Positions 17,941 through 26,601 of a stretch of DNA of 44,426 nt are shown piece after piece. The notes beneath the pieces are model-generated. The model was not told the origin of the DNA and made no database searches. It saw nothing but the letters and a program-made list of their open reading frames with translations. Source of the DNA: Chthoniobacteraceae bacterium. GTDB taxonomy: Bacteria > Verrucomicrobiota > Verrucomicrobiia > Chthoniobacterales > Chthoniobacteraceae. Location: NCBI GenBank assembly GCA_040081625.1, contig JBEBGD010000039.1, forward strand, positions 1 to 44,426. The letters are read 5' to 3'. Position 1 is the first letter of the stretch, and every line of letters begins with the position of its first letter. Position numbers and translations under genes: made by a program.

Positions 17941-19776
17941 ATGGACACCAATCTCGTCTGGTTCGTCCTCATCAACCCGCTCGCCGCCGCCGCGCTGATC
18001 CATCTGGTCTTCCGCAAGTCGGCGAGCACCGCGACATTCATCTCCGTCGCATCTTCCGTCTTCGGTCTCATCGCCGCGGTCGGCGTCTTCTCGAGCGGCG
18101 GACATCACGTTCCGACGATCGAAGTGCCGTGGCTCGACTTCGGCGCTGCGCTGCGCGTGCCGATCGGCTTGATCGTCGATGACCTCAGCAAGCTCATGCT
18201 GCTCGTCGTCACCGGCATCGGCGCGGCGGTCCACATCTACTCGACCGTTTACATGGAGCACGATGAGTCGAAGCCGCGCTACTTCGGCAACCTCTCGCTC
18301 TTCATGTTCTCGATGCTCGGCATCGTGCTCGCGAACAACTTCGTGATGATGTTCATCTTCTGGGAACTCGTCGGCGTGAGCAGCTACCTGCTCATCGGCC
18401 ACTGGTTCACACGCGAGTCGGCGGCCGCGGCGGCGAACAAGGCGTTCATGACCAATCGCATCGGCGACTTCGGCTTCATGCTCGGCATCCTCATGGTCTG
18501 GGCGTGGGCGGGAAGTGTCGTCTTCCCCGAACTCAAGTCGGTGATCGATGCGAACACGCTGAATATCAACCAGGGCTACATCACCGCCGCCGTGCTGCTC
18601 GTCTTCTGCGGCGCGGTCGGCAAGAGCGCGCAGCTCCCGCTCCACGTGTGGCTCCCCGACGCGATGGAAGGCCCGACGCCCGTCTCCGCGCTCATCCACG
18701 CTGCGACGATGGTCGCGGCCGGCGTTTACATGCTCGCGCGCGTTTCGTTCCTCATCGAGTTGAGCCCCGGCGCGCAGACGATCATCGCCGCGATCGGCGG
18801 CGTCACCGCGCTGCTCGCCGCGCTCATGGCCACGCAGCAGGACGACATCAAGCGCATCCTCGCCTACTCCACTCTCTCGCAGCTCGGCTACATGGTGATG
18901 ACCGTGGGCCTCGCGGAGCCGGGCGCGGCGATGTTCCACCTGTTCACGCACGCGTCGTTCAAGGCACTGCTCTTCCTCGGCGCTGGCGCGATCATCCATG
19001 CGCTGCATCACGAGCAGGACATTTGGAAAATGGGCGGCCTCAGCAAGTCGATGCGCCTCACCTTCCTCACCTTCGCGTGCGGCTACCTCGCGCTCATCGG
19101 CTGCCCCGGCCTCGCGGGTTTCTTCTCGAAGGACGCGATCCTCGTCGCCGCGTATCAGAAAAACTTCATCCTCTTCCTGCTCGCGGTTTTCACCGCGTTC
19201 CTCACGGCCTTCTACATGACGCGGCTATTCGTCGTCGTCTTCCTCGGCAAGGCGCGCACGCCCGAAGCCGAGCACGGCCACGACGGGCCAATCCGCATGG
19301 TCGGCCCGCTAGTCGTCCTCGCCGTGCTGAGCGTCATCGCCGGTTACGGGATCGTCGCACATGGCGCACTCGGCCACGAGATGAGCGCCGCCATCGAGAA
19401 GCTCGAAGCTGGCGGCGGGAAGTTCGTCGCGATGATTTTCGGCACGCTCGCGTTCCTCGCAGGCACGGCGTCCGGCTATTTCCTCTATGTCGGAAAGGAC
19501 AAGGACCCGATCCTCATCCCGCCTTTCAAACAGAAGTTCTACTTCGACGAAATCTACGCCGCGCTCATCGCCGGCACACAGGACATGCTCGCGAAGGCCA
19601 GCGCGTTCGCGGACAAGTGGATCGTCGATGGCCTGCTCGTGCGCGTCAGCAGCGGCGCGGTGTGGGGCCTCGGGTTCGCGCTGCGCTTTTTCCAGTTCGG
19701 CAATCTGCAAGGCTATGCCTTCCTCTTCGGCGCCGGTGTGGTGGCGCTGATCTACTTCATGGTCTTCGCAGGATGA
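17941..19776 (+). CDS. nuoL: NADH-quinone oxidoreductase subunit L
   Basis: FIFWELVGVSSYLLIG, KSAQLPLHVWLPDAMEGPTPVSALIHAATMV, HLFTHASFKALLFL. Confidence 0.97.
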   Translation: MDTNLVWFVLINPLAAAALIHLVFRKSASTATFISVASSVFGLIAAVGVFSSGGHHVPTIEVPWLDFGAALRVPIGLIVDDLSKLMLLVVTGIGAAVHIYSTVYMEHDESKPRYFGNLSLFMFSMLGIVLANNFVMMFIFWELVGVSSYLLIGHWFTRESAAAAANKAFMTNRIGDFGFMLGILMVWAWAGSVVFPELKSVIDANTLNINQGYITAAVLLVFCGAVGKSAQLPLHVWLPDAMEGPTPVSALIHAATMVAAGVYMLARVSFLIELSPGAQTIIAAIGGVTALLAALMATQQDDIKRILAYSTLSQLGYMVMTVGLAEPGAAMFHLFTHASFKALLFLGAGAIIHALHHEQDIWKMGGLSKSMRLTFLTFACGYLALIGCPGLAGFFSKDAILVAAYQKNFILFLLAVFTAFLTAFYMTRLFVVVFLGKARTPEAEHGHDGPIRMVGPLVVLAVLSVIAGYGIVAHGALGHEMSAAIEKLEAGGGKFVAMIFGTLAFLAGTASGYFLYVGKDKDPILIPPFKQKFYFDEIYAALIAGTQDMLAKASAFADKWIVDGLLVRVSSGAVWGLGFALRFFQFGNLQGYAFLFGAGVVALIYFMVFAG

Positions 19777-19793
19777 ACATTCTCGTTTCTCAT

Positions 19794-19917
19794 CGTTTGG
19801 CGTTTGGCGTTTGGCGTTTGAAGTTTGGAGTTAAGCCCGCCGCAGGCGCTGCTCGAATCGGAACCCGCCTCCTGCAGCGGCGTGCCCTGCGGGCGGCCAA
19901 ACGCCAAACGCCAAACG
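19794..19917. repeat. Heptamer inverted-arm element E2 (inverted homolog of E1)
   Basis: Perfect 21-bp terminal inverted repeat (CGTTTGG)x3 at 19794-19814 and (CCAAACG)x3 at 19897-19917; its reverse complement aligns with the E1 core. Confidence 0.95.
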
Positions 19918-19932
19918 GGAATTCTTTGCGCC

Positions 19933-21405
19933 GTGCTTAACCTCCTCGTTCTCGTCCCCATCGTCGCCGCGTTGCTCGTGCTGCTCGGTGCGCCCGCGCG
20001 AAAGACTTCGCTCGGCGCCGCCGCGATCCAGGCGTTCGTCGCTCTGGTCTGCCTGCTGACTTACGACAAGGCCGGCGCGCCGTTCCAATTCGTGCAGTCG
20101 TCGCCGATCGCGCCCGAGTGGGATCTCAAATACCTGCTCGCCGCCGACGGCCTCAGCCTCGTGATGCTCCTGCTCACCGGCCTCGTCACGCTCGCCGCCG
20201 TTTGGGTCACGCCGGAAGTCAGCAAGCGCCCGAATCTCTACTACGCGTGCGTGCTCTTCATCTCCGGCGGCGCGGCGGGTGCGTTCGCGTCGCAGGACTT
20301 GTTCTTCTTCTACGCCTTCCACGAACTCGCGCTCATCCCGACCTTTCTGCTCATCGGCATCTGGGGCACCGGCGAACGGCACGCCGCCGCGTGGAAGATC
20401 ACGATCTATCTCGCGCTCGGCTCGTTCGTGCTGCTGATCGGGCTCATCGATCTCTACCTCGCGATCCCGCAGCAGTTCCGCACCTTCGACATGATGAAGC
20501 TGCAGGACCTCGCCCGGCAGAACGTCATTCCCGCCGCCGCGCAGACCCGGCCATATCTCTTCCTGCTCATCGGCTTCGGCACGCTCATCTCGCTGTTCCC
20601 GTTCCACTCGTGGGCGCCGACCGCATACGCGAGCGCGCCGACTCCCGCCGCGATGCTCCATGCGGGCGTGCTGAAAAAGTTCGGCCTCTACGGACTCATC
20701 CGCGTCGCGATCCCGCTGCTGCCGGAAGGCGCGCAGCACTGGGCGAATCTGCTGCTCGTGCTGCTCGTCGGGAACATCATCTACATCGGCCTCGTCACCA
20801 TCGCACAGCGCCGCCTCGACATGATGCTCGGCTACTCGAGCGTCATGCACATGGGCTACATCTTCCTCGGCATCGGCGCGCTGAACGTGATCGGAGTCAG
20901 CGGCGCCGCGCTCCTGATGTTCGCGCACGGCCTCTCGATCGCCGCGCTCTTCGCCCTCGCCGGCAAACTCCGCGAGCGCTCCGACTCGCTCGCATTTGAA
21001 AACTTCGGCGGCCTCGGAAAGGCCGCGCCCTTTCTCGGCGCCGCATTCGGCTGCGCCGCGTTCGCATCGATCGGCCTGCCCGGCTTCGCGAACTTCGCCG
21101 CCGAGACGATGGTCTTCTTCGGCGCGTTCAAGCCCGCTGTGCATGACGCGCTCGTCGGCAATTTCCGCATCGCAACCGGCTTCGCGCTGTGGGGCGTCGT
21201 GATCAGCGCCGTCTATATGCTGCGCGCCTACAAGGCGATCTTCATGGGCGAGCCGGGCAAGGCGACCACCACCGACATCGCCGGCGCCGCGCGCTGGCCG
21301 GTGCTCATGCTCATCGCCGCGCTGATGATCACCGGCTTCGCGCCGAAAACCCTGCTCAACTACGTGAAGCCCAGCGTCGAAGCCCTCGTGCCGAAAGCGA
21401 AATGA
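19933..21405 (+). CDS. nuoM: NADH-quinone oxidoreductase subunit M
   Basis: ADGLSL, FFFYAFHELALIP, PFHSWAP, KKFGLYG, YSSVMHMG, IGLPG; start uncertain (GTG 19933 chosen). Confidence 0.94.
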   Translation: MLNLLVLVPIVAALLVLLGAPARKTSLGAAAIQAFVALVCLLTYDKAGAPFQFVQSSPIAPEWDLKYLLAADGLSLVMLLLTGLVTLAAVWVTPEVSKRPNLYYACVLFISGGAAGAFASQDLFFFYAFHELALIPTFLLIGIWGTGERHAAAWKITIYLALGSFVLLIGLIDLYLAIPQQFRTFDMMKLQDLARQNVIPAAAQTRPYLFLLIGFGTLISLFPFHSWAPTAYASAPTPAAMLHAGVLKKFGLYGLIRVAIPLLPEGAQHWANLLLVLLVGNIIYIGLVTIAQRRLDMMLGYSSVMHMGYIFLGIGALNVIGVSGAALLMFAHGLSIAALFALAGKLRERSDSLAFENFGGLGKAAPFLGAAFGCAAFASIGLPGFANFAAETMVFFGAFKPAVHDALVGNFRIATGFALWGVVISAVYMLRAYKAIFMGEPGKATTTDIAGAARWPVLMLIAALMITGFAPKTLLNYVKPSVEALVPKAK

Positions 21406-21410
21406 GCGCG

Positions 21411-21650
21411 CTACTCGTCCCCGCCATGCGCCGCCGACGTGACGTGCAGTTCTTCGAGAGCGGTAATCAATGCCACGTCGATGCGAATCAGCCGTTCATC
21501 CGGCATCACGACGAATGCAATTCGGCCGGTCGGGGAGAATGCCAGCGTCTCGGGATGCAACACCTCCACCGGAGTCCCGCCGGGGTAGTGGATGCGAAAC
21601 GGCACGAATGGCTGCCGAGCCCAGGATTCGCGGATCTGTTGAACGGTCAT
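21411..21650 (-). CDS. Small hypothetical protein (IR..PFxPFxI..G..V.HP family), antisense within the nuo operon
   Basis: MTVQQIRESWARQPFVPFRIHYPGGTPVEVLHPETL...; clear paralog at 38925-39143; TACTTG 12 nt upstream of ATG 21650. Confidence 0.8.
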   Translation of the reverse strand: MTVQQIRESWARQPFVPFRIHYPGGTPVEVLHPETLAFSPTGRIAFVVMPDERLIRIDVALITALEELHVTSAAHGGDE

Positions 21651-21693
21651 GCCTGCCAAGTAGCCGCACCTCTTTCCTGACGCAAGCCACCCG

Positions 21694-23256
21694 ATGACGC
21701 CGCAGTTCAGCCCCATCACTCTCGAAGTCACCGTCCTCCTGCTCGGCTTCTTCCTGCTCTTCGCCGAGTCGTTTTCGAAGAGCGCCGACAAGGCCTGGAT
21801 GCCGAAGGTCGCGATCTACATCCTCGCGATCGTCTTCGCGTGGACGTTCTTCACGACCGGCAATGCCGGCGTCGATCTCACCAAGTCGTTCTACTCCGCT
21901 GACGCCACCGCGCTGTTCTTCAAACGCATCGCGCTGCTCACCACCATCGTCGTGCTCGTGATGATGCGGGAGTTCCAGGGCACGCTCGCGAAGTTCATCC
22001 CGCAGGGAAAATCGGGCGGCGGTGTCGGCGAGTTTTACTGCCTGCCCATCTTCACCTGCGCGGGGCTCATGTTCATGGCGTCGGCGATCGACTTCCTGCT
22101 CATCTTCGTCTCGCTCGAACTCGTCACGATCAGCTTCTACGTGCTCGTCGCGTATCTGCGGCGGAGCATCGCGAGCCTCGAGGCGGGCGTGAAGTATCTC
22201 ATCCTCGGAGCCCTCAGCACCGGCTTCCTCGTCTATGGCATCACGTGGATCTTCGGCCTCACCGGCGAGACGAATCTCGTGCGCATCAACAACGCCCTGC
22301 CGAGCCTGCTCGCGGAAGGCGGACGGCTGCACGGCAGCGAGACGGCGCTGCTCTTCGGCCTCATGCTCGTGCTCGTCGGACTCGGCTTCAAAGTCGCCGC
22401 CGCGCCGTTTCAGCTCTGGGTGCCCGACGTGTATCAAGGCGCGCCGACCCCGATCACCGCGTTCCTTTCGGTGGGAAGCAAAGCCGCCGGCTTCATCGTG
22501 CTCATCCGCGTGCTCGAGCCGTTCTTCGCCTCGCCGATCGTCCACGACAAGCTCGTGCTCGTGCTCTCGATCGTCGCCGGCGCGACGCTCATCTACGGCA
22601 GCCTCGCCGCGATGCCGCAGGACAACTTCAAGCGTCTGCTCGCCTACTCGAGCATCGCGAATGCGGGCTACCTCCTCGTCGCCGTCGCGAGCATCGGTCC
22701 GTCTGAAAGCAGCTTCGGCTCGAGCGGCGTCGCCGTGTCGTTCTACCTCGCGGGCTACCTGCTCATGACGCTGCTGAGCTTCCTCGTCATGCTCATCGTC
22801 ACGAACTATTCGCGCGGCGACGACATCCTGCACTTCAACGGCCTCGCCAAGCGCAGCCCCTTCCTCGCCTTCGGAATGCTCACCGCGATGCTTTCGCTCG
22901 CCGGCATTCCCTTCACCGCCGGCTTCTACGGCAAGTTCCTCGTCTTCGCCGCCGCGGTGAAGGAGCAGCAGTTCGTGCTCATCGGCATCGGCATCATCAC
23001 GGTCGCCGCGGGCTTTTACTATTACCTGCGCATCGTCGCCGCGATGTATTGGCAGGAGCCGAATGACGACACGCCGATCCGGATGCGTGTGCTCACGAGG
23101 CTGACCGTCGGCGCGCTCACCGCGCTCATCTTCATCGTCGGCATCTTCCCGGGGCCTGTGCTCGAGATGCTGCGCACGCCCGTCCATCGCGCGATCCCCG
23201 ACGTGCCGGTGAAGCCGATCGTCCCCGCGTCGCATCCTGCGCCATCTCGCGGTTGA
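21694..23256 (+). CDS. nuoN: NADH-quinone oxidoreductase subunit N
   Basis: EAGVKYLILG, GFKVAAAPFQLWVPDVYQGAPTP, KRLLAYSSI, SLAGIP, YYYLR. Confidence 0.96.
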   Translation: MTPQFSPITLEVTVLLLGFFLLFAESFSKSADKAWMPKVAIYILAIVFAWTFFTTGNAGVDLTKSFYSADATALFFKRIALLTTIVVLVMMREFQGTLAKFIPQGKSGGGVGEFYCLPIFTCAGLMFMASAIDFLLIFVSLELVTISFYVLVAYLRRSIASLEAGVKYLILGALSTGFLVYGITWIFGLTGETNLVRINNALPSLLAEGGRLHGSETALLFGLMLVLVGLGFKVAAAPFQLWVPDVYQGAPTPITAFLSVGSKAAGFIVLIRVLEPFFASPIVHDKLVLVLSIVAGATLIYGSLAAMPQDNFKRLLAYSSIANAGYLLVAVASIGPSESSFGSSGVAVSFYLAGYLLMTLLSFLVMLIVTNYSRGDDILHFNGLAKRSPFLAFGMLTAMLSLAGIPFTAGFYGKFLVFAAAVKEQQFVLIGIGIITVAAGFYYYLRIVAAMYWQEPNDDTPIRMRVLTRLTVGALTALIFIVGIFPGPVLEMLRTPVHRAIPDVPVKPIVPASHPAPSRG

Positions 23257-23299
23257 TCCGTGCGCGGCGGCGCGGTCGCACATCTCTCGCAGCGCGACG

Positions 23300-23675
23300 A
23301 CTGTGCGATTCCACATCACCCTCATACGCAGTAAAGATGCGCATAATGGACGCCCCGAGCTGCGCCGCGATGTGGCCAAGTGACTCGACATAGCCGAGCT
23401 GAATCTCGATCTTGGGCACATCGGCTGCGCCCCTGGGAGCGAGGTTCGTGTAGGTGCCGGTCACATCGCAGCGGACACGTGCGGCGGCGAGTCGCTCCCG
23501 CAGCGTCTTGCAAAAGCTCCGGCGTGGCGTCGAGCGGCGGGAGGTGCGGACGCTTGCCCATGAGCATGACGGCCTCGAAGCCAAGTTGGCCGGCGCGTGT
23601 GATAAAGTCCGCCAGCGGCAGTGCGGCTTGTCCCCAACGGCCGGCTTAGCTGACCTAGAAGAGCGCGGAATTCAT
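23300..23675 (-). pseudogene. Sugar phosphate isomerase/epimerase (TIM barrel) pseudogene
   Basis: MNSALF*VS*AGRWGQAALPLADFITRAGQLGFEAVMLMGKRPHL, then a frameshift to CKTLRERL...AAQLGASIMRIFTAYE, then truncation; two in-frame stops. 3' boundary approximate. Confidence 0.75.
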
Positions 23676-23822
23676 CGGGAGGAGTAGGGCATGCATATAG
23701 GGTTCGAAGCTGTGACGCTTACTGTTTTATGGCAGGCGAGGGGTTCCCGAATCACGCGAAAGTCCGCATCAATTAATGCGGTGGCCATTGACGTTTCTAA
23801 TCGTCTCGACTACCCACGGGCC

Positions 23823-24326
23823 ATGCCCACCCCCACCTCGTCTGTCAGCCAACTCCAGCGTGCCATCCAAATTGCCGAGCAGATTGAACGACTCCAAGCC
23901 GACTTGAATCGCATTCTCGGAGCCGTCGGGAGCAACGTTTCCATCGCTGCGCCGGCGACTGCCAAAGCCGGGAGGGCGGGCAAACGGTCATCGGCAGCCC
24001 GCAAGCGAATGGGAGACGCGCGGAAATCCCGGCGGTCAACGCTCAACGCGACGAACGCTCCGGCAGCAGCGCCCAAAGCCGCGAAGCCCGCGAAGAAGAA
24101 GGGCAAGATGTCAGCAGCAGGTCGCGCCGCGATTGTGGCTGCGCAGAAAGCCCGGTGGGCAATCATCAAAGCGAAGGCAGCGCCGGAGGCGGTGGCTCCC
24201 GCGAAAGTTGCTGCTGCTCCCGCACCCACTGCGAAGCCAGCGAAGAAGCGGAAGATCAGCGCCGAAGCCCGCGCGAAGATGGTGGCGGGCGCAAAGGCGA
24301 GATGGGCGAAGAAGGCCGGGGCTTGA
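23823..24326 (+). CDS. Lys/Ala-rich histone-like basic protein with repeated SA..RA.I.A..KARWA motifs
   Basis: N-terminal coiled coil, three motif copies, very basic composition; TTGACG-N17-TACCCA ends 6 nt before ATG 23823. Confidence 0.8.
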   Translation: MPTPTSSVSQLQRAIQIAEQIERLQADLNRILGAVGSNVSIAAPATAKAGRAGKRSSAARKRMGDARKSRRSTLNATNAPAAAPKAAKPAKKKGKMSAAGRAAIVAAQKARWAIIKAKAAPEAVAPAKVAAAPAPTAKPAKKRKISAEARAKMVAGAKARWAKKAGA

Positions 24327-24496
24327 GACGCTGGACCTTGCTGGGCTTACTGACGACTTTGTCGCTGGCCAGTTGTGCCACTGACGATCCAGAGGCCGAT
24401 GCGTTCTTCAACCGCGGCTGGATTCTGCCCAAAACGCTGGACCAACCCTACGAGAAACCTCCAGCCACTGAGGATTCAGTGCCGGTGAAGACTTAG
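24323..24496 (+). CDS. Small lipoprotein (57 aa)
   Basis: TTG start overlapping the previous TGA; MRRWTLLGLLTTLSLASC lipobox. Confidence 0.65.
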   Translation: MRRWTLLGLLTTLSLASCATDDPEADAFFNRGWILPKTLDQPYEKPPATEDSVPVKT

Positions 24497-24525
24497 GCTG
24501 ACGACGATCCCGCGTGACGAGGCTG

Positions 24526-24798
24526 TTACGCCTTCACATGCCCTGACACGAGCTTCGTCATCTCAAACATGTCCACCTGGCTCTTGCCGTTGAACACTTT
24601 CTTCAGCGCGTCGTCGGCATTGATCTGACGTTTGTTCGTCGCGTCCTGAAGGCCGTTCTTCTTGATGTATTCCCAAAGTTTCTTGGTCATCTCGCCGCGG
24701 GGCAGCGGAGTCGAGCCGACAACGGCCGAGAGAACTTCGTCAGGTTGGACCGGTTTCATCAGGGCCGGATTTGCTTTGCGGGTAGGTTTGTCAGGCAT
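24526..24798 (-). CDS. SWIB/MDM2 domain protein
   Basis: LSAVVG..PRGEMTKKLWEYIKKNGLQD..NKRQINADDALKKVF..MFEMTKLVS. Confidence 0.93.
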   Translation of the reverse strand: MPDKPTRKANPALMKPVQPDEVLSAVVGSTPLPRGEMTKKLWEYIKKNGLQDATNKRQINADDALKKVFNGKSQVDMFEMTKLVSGHVKA

Positions 24799-24967
24799 GG
24801 GTCGAGTAATTCAGATGTGGCGCCACGTGTCGAGCAGTCTTTTTCAATCTTTGTGCGCCACGTCCTGATCGCGAAATAGTTCCGGGGAGCCACGGCGAGA
24901 AACGGCATGAGGATTTAGAGATGGCAGGGCTCGGCGATGAGGACGCCACGGTGACACCCGGCTGCTT

Positions 24968-25942
24968 TCAGCGCGTGCCGCGCGCGGCGAACCAGCGCAC
25001 GGCCATGTCGGGGAAGTCCGTGAACAGCCCGTCCACGCCCGCTTCGCGAAAGAGCACGTCGAGCGCGTCGTCCATCGAGTCCGCGAACTTCGGCAGCTCG
25101 TCCGCGCGCAGCGTGTAGGGATGCACGAGCAGCTTTGCGGCGTGTGCGTCCTTCACGAGATCGGTCACTTTGCGATCGGCCTTCGACTTGCCCGCCACGA
25201 TCGCGCTGAGGGCGGGGCCGATCCCGTCGGCCACCTGCGCGACATCCGCGAGGTTCACGTCGCGTTCCTTCCCGGCGCCGGAGAGCAGGAGCAGGCGCCC
25301 TTCCCAGCCCAGCTCGGTGCGGATGCGCTTCACCTCATCCCACTCGAAGCACTGCACCCAGCAGTCGTCCGCCTTTCTCGCGTAGCCGTAGCTCCGCAGG
25401 ATGGGCAGCACGATGCGGCTGATGTCGTGGCCTTGTTTGCGATGCCAGCCCGGCTGCTTGATCTCGGGATAAATCCCGGCGGCGCGCCCTGTCGATGCGT
25501 TCAGCCCCTGGATGAGTTGGAGCTCTTCCTCGAGCGTCGGGATCTCGAACGACGAACGCGCGAGCGGGAACCGTTTCGGAAACACCGCCTTGCCCGTCTT
25601 CGGGTCGATGCGCTCGTGCGCGCGGAGCTGCTTGATCTCCGCGCGGGTGAAATCGATCGCGTAATAGCGGCCGTCCGCGCGCTTCCGATCGGGAAATTTC
25701 TGCGCGACGTCGCACGTCGTCTCGAGATGGATGTCGTGCATTACGATCGGCACGTCGTCTTTGGTGAGGACGATGTCCTGCTCGAGCAGGTCCGCGCCCA
25801 TCGCGTGCGCCATCGCCTTGCTCTCGAGCGTGTGCTCCGGCAGGTAACCGCTCGCGCCGCGATGCGCGATCACGACTGGTTTCGAGGGTTGGGCGAGGAT
25901 TGGCATGGTCAGGGTGATGAGCAGGAGGGTCGTGAGTTTCAT
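24968..25942 (-). CDS. glpQ: Glycerophosphodiester phosphodiesterase
   Basis: IAHRGASGYLPEHTL, EQDIVLTKD, IYPEIK, DGLFTDFPD; signal peptide at ATG 25942. Confidence 0.93.
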   Translation of the reverse strand: MKLTTLLLITLTMPILAQPSKPVVIAHRGASGYLPEHTLESKAMAHAMGADLLEQDIVLTKDDVPIVMHDIHLETTCDVAQKFPDRKRADGRYYAIDFTRAEIKQLRAHERIDPKTGKAVFPKRFPLARSSFEIPTLEEELQLIQGLNASTGRAAGIYPEIKQPGWHRKQGHDISRIVLPILRSYGYARKADDCWVQCFEWDEVKRIRTELGWEGRLLLLSGAGKERDVNLADVAQVADGIGPALSAIVAGKSKADRKVTDLVKDAHAAKLLVHPYTLRADELPKFADSMDDALDVLFREAGVDGLFTDFPDMAVRWFAARGTR

Positions 25943-25944
25943 CG

Positions 25945-26325
25945 TCAGCGCGGCGCGCGTTTCCAGATTGGCACATCCGCTTTCAAGCGATCGATGGATT
26001 CGGCGAGGAAGCTCAGCGCTCCGCCGCGATGCGCTGCGAGCACGCGGATGAAGAGGGACGCCTCGCCGACGGGCACAAAGCCGAGGCGATGAATGAAAAG
26101 GACCGCGGCGCACGGGTGCGCGGCGTGCAGTTCTGCGAAGTGACGATCGAGAAGCCGGCGCGCCATCGGCTCGTGCGCTTCGTAGTCGAGGCCGGCGAGC
26201 GGCTGGCCTTGCTCGAGTTCGCGGACGATGCCGTGGAACTCGACGCACGCGCCGATCTCGCGCGACGGGAGCGCGGCGGGCGGGACGACGATCGGCGAAT
26301 GCGTGAAGACGATCTCGGTCTGCAC
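25945..26325 (-). CDS. moaE: Molybdopterin synthase catalytic subunit
   Basis: GACVEFHGIVRE, LDYEAH, HRLG, AHR, IDRLKADVPIWK. Confidence 0.92.
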   Translation of the reverse strand: MQTEIVFTHSPIVVPPAALPSREIGACVEFHGIVRELEQGQPLAGLDYEAHEPMARRLLDRHFAELHAAHPCAAVLFIHRLGFVPVGEASLFIRVLAAHRGGALSFLAESIDRLKADVPIWKRAPR

Positions 26326-26328
26326 GGC

Positions 26329-26559
26329 TCAGCCTCCGGAGACAGGCGGGATGATCGCGACTTCGCGCGCGTCGCCGACGGGCGCGTCCCAGTCGGCGTA
26401 TTCCTGATCGACCGCGACGCGCATCGTCTCGAGCGCGGCATCCGGCGCGAGGCGGCGGATGAGCACGCGCGGCGAGTCCGTCGGGGCGCACTCGACGACG
26501 CGCTCGGCGAACCCGAGTTGATCGCGGGCTTGGGCGAAGGCGAGGAGAGTGAGCGGCAT
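26329..26559 (-). CDS. moaD: Molybdopterin synthase sulfur carrier subunit
   Basis: 76 aa ending in PPVSGG; adjacent to moaE. Confidence 0.93.
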   Translation of the reverse strand: MPLTLLAFAQARDQLGFAERVVECAPTDSPRVLIRRLAPDAALETMRVAVDQEYADWDAPVGDAREVAIIPPVSGG

Positions 26560-26601
26560 GACGCGATTGATACCACACGCGCGGCACGCTACGTCGAGCG
26601 C

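Noticed and set aside
17788..19917. Heptamer repeats as a CRISPR array
   Set aside because: Units are 7 nt, tandem, without unique spacers; no cas genes in the window
19825..19932. ORF-track N-terminal extension of NuoM from TTG 19825
   Set aside because: Start lies inside the repeat stem and the peptide is repeat-derived; GTG 19933 gives a normal hydrophobic N-terminus
24817..24862. GCGCCACGT direct repeat / GTGGCGCCAC palindrome upstream of the SWIB gene
   Set aside because: Short and GC-rich; cannot be distinguished from chance without comparative data
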